Of a stretch of DNA of 64,000 bases, positions 18,002 through 27,609 are shown one piece after another. The position numbers and the translations under genes were made by a program. Below the pieces are notes generated by a model. That model saw only the letters and a program-made list of their open reading frames with translations. It had not been told where the DNA came from and ran no database searches. The stretch's first letter is position 1; each line of letters begins with the position of its first letter. This DNA comes from Terriglobia bacterium (GTDB lineage: Bacteria; Acidobacteriota; Terriglobia; Acidiferrales; UBA7541): the NCBI GenBank assembly GCA_041478355.1, contig JBGOVX010000002.1, forward strand, positions 7,384 through 71,383, written 5' to 3'.

Positions 18002-18486
18002 AGCAACTTTTTAATTTGACGCCAAGCCCACCCGTGCGCACTGTTCGCAAGCGCGATCGAGCGAACCCCAATTCACAACTAGATAGCAAGTCGATTGATA
18101 ACTCTCGGCGACGTACCCCTGATACAAGATGTGTATTTTCAATACATTACACCGTCAACAGTAGGTCCTATAAGCCTAGTAGTATGGCTCCCCCAATACT
18201 AAGGCTCATAGAGTTCGACTACGCCGATACAAAAGGGTTAGCTGGCACCCTCCTAGAACACACATCGGCCGATTACCGTTTTAACTTACGATTAACATTA
18301 TCTCATATATTTGAGTTTTACGCACAAAGAACCGCGATAGCGTCTAGGTTAAGATACTACCTGGGAAAGGACCGTGGCTGACCCTACGCGGCGGATGCCG
18401 GAGCCGTCCCGGTAGATCTGATCGCGCAGGCACCGAACAACAAAGCAGAAACAAATTTGGACCCTATTTTATGATCAGAGGAGCCC

Positions 18487-19632
18487 ATGAAAGAGCGAAG
18501 CGCGCCGCGAAATCGAGCTGTGAGCAAGAATTCTAACAAGAAGGTCCGCTACGCCGTCGTAGGCTTAGGATGGATTTCCCAGGAGGCGGTACTGCCGGCA
18601 TTTTCCCATGCCAAAACCAATTCCGAATTGCGTGCATTGGTGACCCAGGATCCGGTGAAAGCAAGGCATCTTAGCAAGAAATATAACGTTCCCTTCACCC
18701 ACAGCTACCAGGAATACGACCAGCTCCTTAAGAGCGGTGAGATCGACGCCGTTTACATCGCTCTGCCAAATTCGATGCACCACGCATACGCGGTTGCCGC
18801 GGCGAAGGCCGGCATTCACGTACTTTGCGAAAAACCAATGGCATTGGACGAAGCGGAATGCCAGGGCATGATCGCGGCAGCCAAAGAAAATAATGTAAAG
18901 CTGATGATCGCTTATCGCCTCCATTTCGAAAGGACTAATTTGGAGGCGGTCGAAGCCATCCGCTCAGGAAAGATTGGCCGCCCACGACTTTTCAGTTCCA
19001 TATTCACGCAGCAGATGGCTGTCGCAAACACCCGACTGAGCAGCCGTCTGGGTGGAGGCCCGCTCTGGGACATCGGCATCTATTGCATTAACGCGGCTAG
19101 ATATCTATTTCAGTGTGAGCCTGAACAGGTTTATGCGCTCGCGGCTACCAGCGCCGATAAACGCTTTAGCGAAGTCGAAGAGAGCGTGATGGCGATTCTT
19201 AGTTTTCCCGGCGCACGCCTGGCGACGTTTTGCTACAGCTTTGGAGCTTCGGATGTTTCCGAGTATCAGGTCGTGGGCACCAAAGGGAATCTAAGAGCGG
19301 ATCCGGCCTTCGATTTCGCCCGCAGCCTCAAATTGAAGGTGACTATAAACGGGAAGACGCGTGAACGCGCATTTCCGACATCGGATCAGTTCGCCCCCGA
19401 ACTTCTATATTTCTCGGATTGCATTTTGAATGATCGGAATCCTCAACCCTCCGGGAAAGAAGGCCTCGCGGACGTTCGGATTATCCGGGCGATCTATGAT
19501 TCAATAGCCATGAAGAAACCTGTATTTATCGAGGCCGTAGACATCGATGCGAGGCCGGGCATTGAACAAGTAATCCATCGTCCAGCGGCTCCTAAAGTGA
19601 AGATGATCCACGCGAAATCTCCGCTCTCCTGA
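18487..19632 (+). CDS. Gfo/Idh/MocA-family NAD(P)-dependent oxidoreductase
   Basis: 381 aa. Rossmann start RYAVVGLGWISQ and the EKP motif (VLCEKPMAL). ATG follows GAGGAG. Confidence 0.9.
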   Translation: MKERSAPRNRAVSKNSNKKVRYAVVGLGWISQEAVLPAFSHAKTNSELRALVTQDPVKARHLSKKYNVPFTHSYQEYDQLLKSGEIDAVYIALPNSMHHAYAVAAAKAGIHVLCEKPMALDEAECQGMIAAAKENNVKLMIAYRLHFERTNLEAVEAIRSGKIGRPRLFSSIFTQQMAVANTRLSSRLGGGPLWDIGIYCINAARYLFQCEPEQVYALAATSADKRFSEVEESVMAILSFPGARLATFCYSFGASDVSEYQVVGTKGNLRADPAFDFARSLKLKVTINGKTRERAFPTSDQFAPELLYFSDCILNDRNPQPSGKEGLADVRIIRAIYDSIAMKKPVFIEAVDIDARPGIEQVIHRPAAPKVKMIHAKSPLS

Positions 19633-19700
19633 AATTACTTTCACTGCTGCGATCATAATGCCGGCAATGGCCTTCCGGTCTTGCCGCTCGGAAGTTCCAA

Positions 19701-21101
19701 TCAATGGGAGATGGTCTCCAGAGCGAGGCCTCGCGTCCGCGGCCCAAAAATGCCGATGGAAAGGACCACCACAAGCATGGAAGCCGCGATGAAGGCGAAA
19801 ACTCCCGCCACACCAAAGTCTCGCAAGAAGAAGCCGATCATAAAGCTGGTGAAGATCGCGCTTAAGCGGCTCCACGAATATACAAAGCCGACCGCTTGGG
19901 CTCGGACTGGCGTCGGAAATAGTTCCGCCTGGTAGGTATGGAAGGCCATGGACATCCAATTGTTGGAGCAGGTCAATAGCACTCCGAATAGGATCAGCCA
20001 GGAGGGATCAATCTGGCGAGAAAAAAACACGCCAAATACAGCGATACAGATTGCGCTGGAAACGATTTGCCATTTGCGCTCAAACCGATCGGCGATGCCC
20101 AACGCCAGTAGTGGACCGAAAGGCGCGGAGATCGCAATAATAAACGAGTATTGCAAACTTGAAGTGATGGCAATGCCTTTGGCTATCAGTAAGGTCGGCA
20201 CCCAGGAAGCAAATCCGTAGTAGCCGATGGTTTGGAATATATGAAACACCATGAGCATGAGGGTGCGTGCGCCATAGGGCGGCTGAAAGATTTGAAGAAA
20301 ATTGCCGCGATACTCGACGACAACAGTTTCTAGTTTCGGCGGTGGAAGCGGAATGCCCAGATCTTTTGTAACTCGCGCCTCCATCATGCTGGTGACCCGC
20401 TCTGCTTCTGATAGCTTGCCCCGAGCAATCAGCCACCGCGGACTTTCCGGGATGCGTTGCCGAATGAACCAAACAAATACAGCACAGATAGACCCGATCA
20501 GCACAACCCATCGCCATCCATCGATGCCCCACGGCTTTAGCGGCACCAGGAGCCAAGAGATGAAGGCCACCGCGGGCACCGCGGTGAACTGGATGACTTC
20601 ATTGATGGCAAAAGCGCGGCCCCGGAGTTGCTTGGGCATGAGCTCCGCGATGTAAGTATCGATGGTGACCAGTTCCACGCCAATTCCAATTCCGGCAATC
20701 ATGCGCCAGAACACTATGCCCGCAGCGGTGTTTTGAAATGCCATAACAAACGTCGCGCAGGCATACCACAGCAGCGAGCAAGTGAAAATCATCCGCCGTC
20801 CGAACTTATCCGCCGTAAATCCAAATACAAGCGTCCCTAGAAAAAGCCCGGCAAAAGTTGCGGCCACAAAGCCGGCCAGCCCGCTGAAGCCGAAAAAGGA
20901 TGCCGACGCGCTTGAGAACAGTCCGCTGCGCACCAGGCCAGGGCCGATGTAGGCGGTGAAAAAAAGATCGTAGAATTCGAAACAGCCACCGAGGGAAAGA
21001 AGCAATACGAGGCCCCAAATGTACGGCGACGCTGGAAGCCTGTCAAGTCGCGCGCTGATTGCGGCGGCCTCCTGGCCAATCGATACCTTTCCTGCCGTCA
21101 T
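19701..21101 (-). CDS. MFS transporter (metabolite:H+ symporter-like)
   Basis: 466 aa, about 12 TM segments, with the loop motif ADKFGRRMIF. Lies 73 nt downstream of prpD on the same strand. Confidence 0.85.
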   Translation of the reverse strand: MTAGKVSIGQEAAAISARLDRLPASPYIWGLVLLLSLGGCFEFYDLFFTAYIGPGLVRSGLFSSASASFFGFSGLAGFVAATFAGLFLGTLVFGFTADKFGRRMIFTCSLLWYACATFVMAFQNTAAGIVFWRMIAGIGIGVELVTIDTYIAELMPKQLRGRAFAINEVIQFTAVPAVAFISWLLVPLKPWGIDGWRWVVLIGSICAVFVWFIRQRIPESPRWLIARGKLSEAERVTSMMEARVTKDLGIPLPPPKLETVVVEYRGNFLQIFQPPYGARTLMLMVFHIFQTIGYYGFASWVPTLLIAKGIAITSSLQYSFIIAISAPFGPLLALGIADRFERKWQIVSSAICIAVFGVFFSRQIDPSWLILFGVLLTCSNNWMSMAFHTYQAELFPTPVRAQAVGFVYSWSRLSAIFTSFMIGFFLRDFGVAGVFAFIAASMLVVVLSIGIFGPRTRGLALETISH

Positions 21102-21174
21102 GATCGCCTCTCCGTGCCCTGCCAGACAGGGAACCCTATTGCACCTATTCGTGGTGGATTCAAGGCATCGTGTT

Positions 21175-22674
21175 TCAGAATATTCCCTGCTGGCCCTGTA
21201 CCAGCGTTCCTGGCGGCATGACCAGATTTAGCCTGTAAAGATCGTCTGACTTTAACTCAGGCAACTCCTGCACAGCATCCAGAAAACACCGCGACTCCTG
21301 CGCAGGGAGAAACTCTTCGGTAAGGGCATGGAACTTACGGTGATAGTCTTCGCGTCTAAATGGCTTCGCCCCCAAGGGATGAGCGTTAGCCACCATAATT
21401 TCATCGGCAACGCGCGTGCCATTTCGAAGAAAGATTTCGACTCTGCCCCCGAACGCCTTTTCCGCTGGATTTTCGGAATGATAGCGGCGCGTCCATTCGG
21501 GATCTTCACGAGTCTCGATGCTGTGCCAGAGACGCAATGTGCTTGGACGGCCGGCGCGTTCCGGGGCGTAGCTGCGTACGTGGTGCCAGCGGCCATCTTC
21601 GAGAGCGACGGCAAAAATGTACATCATCGAATGGTCCAGCGTTTCCCGGGTCGCCATCGGATCCATCTTCTGAGGATCGTTCGCGCCAGTGCCGATCACC
21701 TGGTGAGTATGGTGACTGGTGTGGATCAGAATTTTTTCGACTTGCGACAGGTCGGCAATTTGAGTGCGCATGCGGAACGCCAGATCAATCAACGCCTGCG
21801 CTTGATACTCAGCGCTGTGCTCCTTGGTGAAAGTGTCCAGGATCGCCCGCTTGGGCTCGCCCGGCCCCGGCAATGGAACCAAGTAATTCGTTTCCCGTCC
21901 ATCCAGCATCGAAGCGATTACGCTGTCTTCGCCTTCGTAGATCGGGCTGGGAGAATTCTCGCCGCGCATGGCCCGGTCGACGGCTTCGATGGCAAGCTTT
22001 CCTGCGTGCGCTGGAGCAAATGCTTTCCAACTGCTGATCTCACCCTTGCGTGACTGGCGCGTAGTGAAGCTGACATGCACGGCCTGTTGAATCGCCTGGT
22101 AGATCGTTTCCGCCGGAAGGTTGAGGAGCGCTCCTATCCCCGCAGCCTGGGCCGGGCAAAGATGCGCGATATGATCGATGTGGTGAGCGTGAAGGCAGAT
22201 CGAGCGAATCAGATTCACATGAATTTCGTAGGCGGCGGCAATCCCGCGAATAAGGTCCCTTCCCGATTTTTGCATGGTTTGCGCTACAGCGAGTATCGGC
22301 GAGATGTTGTCGCCGGGATGCCCGAAATCGGCGGCCAGAAACGTGTCGTGCATATCAAGCTCGCGGACGGCTGTGCCATTTGCCCAGGCGGCCCACTCCG
22401 GCGAAACATTCTGCTCCAGCGTCAGTCCGAACAACGCAGCGCCGCTTTTGCGCAAATGGCCCAGCGCCATGGCGCGCGCCGAGACCACCGGGCCGCGGTT
22501 GATCGCGGCAATCGCGCCCCCTGCATTATCGATGATGCGGTTCGCTACCATGTCCGCCACGTCCTGCTCGATGTCAGCAGGATCGGCGGCAACCGCGGCG
22601 ATCTTCCAGGCCAACTGTTTGTCCCGTGGAAGACGCGCAGCCGAAGGGTAGACCTTCACTTCATTCCATTGCAT
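21175..22674 (-). CDS. prpD: 2-methylcitrate dehydratase (MmgE/PrpD family)
   Basis: ORF 21175-22848 trimmed to ATG 22674, which follows AAGGAG. 499 aa. PrpD-like motifs ([26 protein letters not shown]). Confidence 0.8.
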   Translation of the reverse strand: MQWNEVKVYPSAARLPRDKQLAWKIAAVAADPADIEQDVADMVANRIIDNAGGAIAAINRGPVVSARAMALGHLRKSGAALFGLTLEQNVSPEWAAWANGTAVRELDMHDTFLAADFGHPGDNISPILAVAQTMQKSGRDLIRGIAAAYEIHVNLIRSICLHAHHIDHIAHLCPAQAAGIGALLNLPAETIYQAIQQAVHVSFTTRQSRKGEISSWKAFAPAHAGKLAIEAVDRAMRGENSPSPIYEGEDSVIASMLDGRETNYLVPLPGPGEPKRAILDTFTKEHSAEYQAQALIDLAFRMRTQIADLSQVEKILIHTSHHTHQVIGTGANDPQKMDPMATRETLDHSMMYIFAVALEDGRWHHVRSYAPERAGRPSTLRLWHSIETREDPEWTRRYHSENPAEKAFGGRVEIFLRNGTRVADEIMVANAHPLGAKPFRREDYHRKFHALTEEFLPAQESRCFLDAVQELPELKSDDLYRLNLVMPPGTLVQGQQGIF

Positions 22675-22741
22675 ACGGCTCCTTGGACGGACCAGACTAG
22701 CAGCAACAACCTTGACTGAACAGGAGAGAGTGAAACGGGGC

Positions 22742-23617
22742 TTATACTTTCTTGGCCGAATATTTTCGCTCCAAATCGTCGAACAACGGCTTCTGCACGA
22801 GGCGCTGCCGCTCGGCAAAGGTCGCCACGCCCGCGCTGCTTTCATCAAGGCGCCCGCGTGTTTTCAACTCAGCCAGCGCCGTTTGCATGCCCGCAATCGC
22901 GCCCTGCAAAGCGGCGTTGGCATAAAGCACCAGGCCGAAACCTAATACCGCCAGTTCCGCCGCGTCTAAAATAGGCGTCCTCCCGCCAAGCACAATATTT
23001 ATGACCTGCGGCACTCGGAGAAGAGACGGGATCCGCCGCACCTCATCGACATTCTCGGGCGCTTCGACAAAGGTCACATCCGCGCCGGCGTCAATCAACG
23101 CGGCCGCGCGGTCAATCGCGGCCTGGAAACCGTGCCCGGCGCGAGCATCGGTGCGCGCGATGATCAGGAAATCATTGTTCCGCCGGGCATCGACGGCAGC
23201 TCTGACTTTCTCCACCATCTCGGCTGTGGTGATCACCTGCTTGCCGCTGAAGTGTCCGCAGCGTTTTGGAAACACCTGGTCCTCGATTTGAATGGCATCC
23301 GCGCCTGCGCGTTCCAATACGCGGACAGCGTGTCGAACATTGAGCGGGTTGCCAAACCCCGTGTCTGCATCGACGATGATGGGAAGCTCCACAGCATCGC
23401 GAATTGCAGAAGTGTGTTGCGCGAGTTCGGGGAGGCTGATGAAGCCGAGATCCGGCAACCCTAAAAATGTGTTGGTCACACCCGCGCCCGTCAAGTAAAC
23501 AGCCTCAAAACCCAGGCTGGCGATGATGCGCGCGGTTAGCGCATTGGGCGCACCGGAAACCAGCAGACCGCGCCGCTGCTCCAATTTATTCCGGAGAATT
23601 TTGCCGTAACCATCCAC
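22742..23617 (-). CDS. prpB: Methylisocitrate lyase / PEP-mutase superfamily enzyme
   Basis: 291 aa. GTG start after [34 protein letters not shown] (KRCGH motif). Confidence 0.8.
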   Translation of the reverse strand: MDGYGKILRNKLEQRRGLLVSGAPNALTARIIASLGFEAVYLTGAGVTNTFLGLPDLGFISLPELAQHTSAIRDAVELPIIVDADTGFGNPLNVRHAVRVLERAGADAIQIEDQVFPKRCGHFSGKQVITTAEMVEKVRAAVDARRNNDFLIIARTDARAGHGFQAAIDRAAALIDAGADVTFVEAPENVDEVRRIPSLLRVPQVINIVLGGRTPILDAAELAVLGFGLVLYANAALQGAIAGMQTALAELKTRGRLDESSAGVATFAERQRLVQKPLFDDLERKYSAKKV

Positions 23618-23928
23618 GTGGCACCTCGATTTCTCTTAACCAGCCCTGACTAAGTTGATCACTTCTCCCAGAGTTTGCTTTTTGAGGGAGCCGGCACAGC
23701 ATCGAGCATTGCGCCCTTAAAATCACCTGATTCTATTGAAAAAATGCGGTTGATCGTAGATTTATTTGGGGTGGGGATCCAATGTCTCGCCGATCCGCAC
23801 AGCGCCCAAAAGTAGACAACGTTTTTCGGATGAATGTTAAGATGTGCCGGGTGACGATCCAGGGCTGCTTTTGGGCGAAATCAGTTTTCAACCCGTCATC
23901 TGCATCCACGACTGGAAAGGAAATTTTT

Positions 23929-25425
23929 ATGCGACGCAGAGGAAAGCTGGAAACAATATGGCCCAACAGAGATGCTAACATAACCAGACGAACGCTATTG
24001 CGAAACGCCGGATGGGTCATGGCGGGTGCGGCTCTGGCGCCACGCGTATTGGCTGCGGCAGACATTGTTAGCCCCGTGATGTCCAAGCTCAGCGGCTACA
24101 TGAGCGAAGCGCGCAATCGCGCACTGCCAGATGAGGTAGTCGAGAAGGCCAAACACCATATCCTTGACACCTTTGCCGCCATGATTTCGGGATCCGAGCT
24201 GCCCCCGGGACGCGCCGCGGTCAATTTCGCGCGCGCAAACGGCGGCGACAAAACCGCGACGGTCGTGGGTTCAAACATACTTTGTGGCGCGCTGGAGGCG
24301 GCATTGGCCAACGGAGTGCTCGCCCACTCGGACGAGACAGACGATTCGCATGCAATGTCACATTGCCATCCCGGCTGCGCGATTGTGCCCGCGGCGCTCG
24401 CGGCTGGCGAGAAATTCGGATTGGACGGCTCGCAATTCCTGCGCGCCGTGACGCTTGGCTACGACGTTGGGCCGCGCGTAACGATGACCCTGGGCGGTCA
24501 GGCCGTACAGTTCAAATATCACAGGAGCAGCCACACCATCGCCGGAACTTTTGGAGCCGCGGCCGCCGCCGGATGCGCGGCCAATCTGAACCCGCAGCAG
24601 ATGCGCTGGCTGCTGGATTACACTGCACAGGAAGCTTCCGGACTCGCCTCTTGGCAGCGCGATACCGACCACATGGAAAAGGGGTTCGTCTTCGCCGGAA
24701 TGCCCGCGCGCAACGGGGTCACCGCTGCAATACTGGTGCAGTCGGGTTGGACTGGCGTTGATGACGTGCTCTCTGGGCCCGACAATTTCTTGCTGGCCTT
24801 CGCGCCGGAGGCCGATCCGGCGGGCCTGGTTGATAAACTGGGCGAACGGTATGAGATCACGCGGACGAACGTTAAAAAGTGGACGGTGGGATCGCCCATT
24901 CAGGCGGCGCTCGATGCGCTGGAAAACGTAATGAAGAAACACCCGATTGATCCGGAACAGGTGCGGAACATCATTGTGCGAATCGCTCCCACCGAAGGCT
25001 CCATCGTGAACAATCGCAACATCCCCGACATTTGCCTCCAGCATTTACTTGCGGTGATGCTAGTCGACAAAACAGTGTCGTTCCGTTCGGCTCACGACAA
25101 AGCGCGCATGCAAGACCCGGCGATACTTCGCCAGCGCGCAAAGGTGGAGTTCATCGGCGATGATGAACTTCAGAGGGAGCTCCCTCGGCGGGAAGCCATC
25201 GTCGAGGTCACGCTTGTAGATGGAACGCATTTTAGCGAGCGTGTGTATGATGTGCGTGGCACGGCTGAAAATCCGATGCCGCGTCAGGAGATTGTCGCGA
25301 AGGCGCGTGATTTGGTGGCTCCGGTGCTGGGTCCAGCGGCCTGCGACAAACTGATTGAAAGTATTCTGACCATCGAAACCCTGAAGGATATTCGTGAGCT
25401 GCGGCCGTTGCTTCAGCGAAGCTAA
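23929..25425 (+). CDS. MmgE/PrpD-family protein with a predicted twin-arginine signal peptide
   Basis: ORF trimmed to ATG 23929, which follows GGAAAGGAAA. N-terminus ...ITRRTLLRNAGWVMAGAALAPRVLAAA. Then the PrpD-family core (LPDEVVEKAKHHILDTFAAMISG, HSDETDDSH). Confidence 0.75.
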   Translation: MRRRGKLETIWPNRDANITRRTLLRNAGWVMAGAALAPRVLAAADIVSPVMSKLSGYMSEARNRALPDEVVEKAKHHILDTFAAMISGSELPPGRAAVNFARANGGDKTATVVGSNILCGALEAALANGVLAHSDETDDSHAMSHCHPGCAIVPAALAAGEKFGLDGSQFLRAVTLGYDVGPRVTMTLGGQAVQFKYHRSSHTIAGTFGAAAAAGCAANLNPQQMRWLLDYTAQEASGLASWQRDTDHMEKGFVFAGMPARNGVTAAILVQSGWTGVDDVLSGPDNFLLAFAPEADPAGLVDKLGERYEITRTNVKKWTVGSPIQAALDALENVMKKHPIDPEQVRNIIVRIAPTEGSIVNNRNIPDICLQHLLAVMLVDKTVSFRSAHDKARMQDPAILRQRAKVEFIGDDELQRELPRREAIVEVTLVDGTHFSERVYDVRGTAENPMPRQEIVAKARDLVAPVLGPAACDKLIESILTIETLKDIRELRPLLQRS

Positions 25426-26726
25426 TGTCCGAGCCGCGAGATTCTGCACGCTCCGGACAGAGTAATGCGATGAAGCCAATATTGAAGAAACGCAAGTACA
25501 TGCCGAAAGCGCAAGGCACCCTGGCGGGGCTTCGCGTGCTCGATTTGTCGCGCCTGTTTGCCGGCAATGTGCTGACGCAGATCCTCGGAGACTTCGGCGC
25601 CGAGGTGATCAAGGTCGAACCACCGGCGGGCGACGCCTTGCGCGCCTGGCGCACCAGCGGCGTGTCTACGCATTGGAAAATCTACGCACGAAACAAAAAA
25701 AGTTTATGCCTGGAGCTTCACAAGCCCGAAGCGCGGGAGTTGCTGCTTCGCTTCATTCCCTCTGCTCAACTTTTTGTTGAGAGCTTCCGGCCCGGAACAC
25801 TCGAGAAGATGGAACTGGCGCCGGAATTACTTCTGGAACGCAATCCGAAGCTGGTCATCATCCGCATTTCGGGATGGGGGCAGACCGGTCCTTACCGGCG
25901 GCGTCCCGCCTTCGGCACCCTCATTGAAGCCATGTCAGGGTTCGCATCGATGAATGGGTTTGCCGATCGCGAACCCGTGCTGCCTCCGATGTATCTGGCC
26001 GACGGCGTCGCCGGATTGTATGGCGCTGCGGCCGCAATGATCGCGCTGCGTGAAGTTGAAAAAAAAGGCGGAGGCGGGCAAGTAATCGATCTACCTCTGT
26101 TCGATCCGCTGTTCGCTATTCTGGGGCCACAGGCTGCAAACTACCGCCTGACCGGGAAGGTGAAGCAGCGTACGGGAAGCCGCTCGAGTAATTCCGCGCC
26201 CCGCAATGTCTACAGGTGTAAAGATGGCGGATATGTGGCGCTCTCAGCATCCACGGAAAAAATGGCTCAGCGATTGTTCCAAGCGATCGGCCGATTGGAT
26301 CTGGCGGACAATCCCCGCTTCAGTACCAACGCCGGCCGCATGAAACATGCCGGGGAGCTTGATGCCCTGATCGGCGCGTTCATTGCCCAACGGACCCAGG
26401 CGGAAAACGTGACTTTCTTTGAACAGGCCGAAGTCACCATCGGTCCGGTCTACGACATCTCGCAGATCGTCGAGGATCCCAACGTGATCGAGCGTGAAGT
26501 GGTTGCCGACTATCCCGATTCCGACATGGAATCTTTACCGATGCATAATGCGGCAGCGCGATTCATGGGAACTCCGGCATCCATTCGCACGCCTGCGCCG
26601 CTGCTGGGTGAGCACAACCGCGAGCTTCTAAGAGAAATCGGCGTAGATGACACAGCATACGGAGGACTGCTCGCCTCGGGCGTTGTGGTCGAGGGCAACG
26701 TTGCTGTGCAAGCGGTTGAGGAATGA
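25425..26726 (+). CDS. Family III CoA-transferase (CaiB/BaiF type)
   Basis: LAGLRVLDLSRLFAGNVLTQILGDFGAEVIKVEPP near the N-terminus. The true start may be ATG 25470 or 25500. Confidence 0.85.
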   Translation: MSEPRDSARSGQSNAMKPILKKRKYMPKAQGTLAGLRVLDLSRLFAGNVLTQILGDFGAEVIKVEPPAGDALRAWRTSGVSTHWKIYARNKKSLCLELHKPEARELLLRFIPSAQLFVESFRPGTLEKMELAPELLLERNPKLVIIRISGWGQTGPYRRRPAFGTLIEAMSGFASMNGFADREPVLPPMYLADGVAGLYGAAAAMIALREVEKKGGGGQVIDLPLFDPLFAILGPQAANYRLTGKVKQRTGSRSSNSAPRNVYRCKDGGYVALSASTEKMAQRLFQAIGRLDLADNPRFSTNAGRMKHAGELDALIGAFIAQRTQAENVTFFEQAEVTIGPVYDISQIVEDPNVIEREVVADYPDSDMESLPMHNAAARFMGTPASIRTPAPLLGEHNRELLREIGVDDTAYGGLLASGVVVEGNVAVQAVEE

Positions 26727-26754
26727 ACCAAGTTCCGTTTCCCTGGGGAGCCAC

Positions 26755-27609
26755 ATGATTCGTTCACTGCTCTACGTGCCAGCGAGTTCCTCGCGCTTCA
26801 TCGCTAAAGCGCACGAGCGTGGCGCTGACGCCATTATCCTCGACCTGGAAGATTCGGTTGCCCCCGGCGAGAAGGAAAAGGCGCGCGCCGGGCTTGCTGA
26901 AGCGGTCCCCTCGGTATCGCGTAACGGCGCCAAGGTGTTTGTGCGCATCAACTCAGAGAAACACATGATCTTTGACGACGCAGAGGCTGCCTGCCGCGCG
27001 GGCGCATTCGGGCTGTTCGTCACCAAGGCGAGCCAGGCAAGCGAACTCAAGCGCCTGGCGAGGCATCTCGACAAAGTTGAAAAGAAAATGAAGCGCCGGC
27101 AATACACCGTGTTCGTTCCCATGATTGAAAGTCCCGAAGCTGTGCTCGATGCGCGTGCCCTTGCCACTGCAACCCCTAGGGTGTTCGGTCTAATCACAGG
27201 ATCGGAAGACTTGGCCACCGCGATGGGCGCCGAACCCTGGCCCGAAGTGCTGCGCTTCCCGAAGTTGATGGTGCACTTTGCGGCGAAGGCCTCCGGCGTG
27301 CTGTCTTTTGGGTTCCTGCTATCCCAAGCGGAGTTCCGCGACACCGCGGCCATTACGCGCGCGGCCCGGGAGGCGCGTTCCTTCGGATTCGACGGTGGCA
27401 CATGCGTGCATCCGAGCGCTGTCCCAATCCTGAACGAGGCTTTCTCACCTTCAGTCGCGGAGACGGATCGTGCCATGCGCATGATCGTCGCCTATGAAGG
27501 ATCGTTGGCGGCGGGCAAAGGGGCATGTGTTTTCGAAGGCAAGATGATCGATGTTGCCATGGTTACGCGCGCCCGCGCACTGCTCGCCAAGAAGACCGAT
27601 GAAAAATAG
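26755..27609 (+). CDS. CitE/HpcH-family acyl-CoA lyase (citryl/malyl/citramalyl-CoA lyase-like)
   Basis: ORF trimmed to ATG 26755, which follows GGGGAG. MIRSLLYVPASSSRFIAKAHERGADAIILDLEDSVAP. 284 aa. Confidence 0.85.
   Translation: MIRSLLYVPASSSRFIAKAHERGADAIILDLEDSVAPGEKEKARAGLAEAVPSVSRNGAKVFVRINSEKHMIFDDAEAACRAGAFGLFVTKASQASELKRLARHLDKVEKKMKRRQYTVFVPMIESPEAVLDARALATATPRVFGLITGSEDLATAMGAEPWPEVLRFPKLMVHFAAKASGVLSFGFLLSQAEFRDTAAITRAAREARSFGFDGGTCVHPSAVPILNEAFSPSVAETDRAMRMIVAYEGSLAAGKGACVFEGKMIDVAMVTRARALLAKKTDEK

Noticed and set aside
21175-22848. N-terminal extensions in the ORF track. Examples are 22675-22848 on prpD, 23782-23928 on the PrpD-family gene, 26647-26754 on the CitE-like gene, 9929-10036 and 10236-10382 on the stress genes, and 45431-45580 on GlcG.
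   Set aside because: The extensions are Arg/Cys/Ser-rich, overlap upstream genes or conserved non-coding blocks, and lack Shine-Dalgarno sequences. Internal starts with good ribosome-binding sites give canonical family N-termini or signal peptides.
23619-23633. Sigma-54-like TGGCAC-N5-TTTC next to the prpB start. A similar TGGCAC occurs at 1939-1944 upstream of the second VWA gene.
   Set aside because: At 23619 the -12 element is TTTC rather than TTGC, and the site is about 295 nt from the nearest plus-strand start. At 1939 the GG-N10-GC spacing fails. No enhancer-binding-protein gene is nearby.
26772-27482. 236-aa ORF antisense to the CitE-like gene. Similar long antisense ORFs occur at 11556-12221, 21328-22053, 22075-22719, 24358-25044, 58658-59368 and 60555-61211.
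   Set aside because: Each lies fully inside a gene with clear family motifs on the other strand. Their translations are Arg/Ala/Pro/Ser-rich and low in complexity, with no motifs or Shine-Dalgarno sequences. These are typical shadow ORFs of GC-rich DNA.
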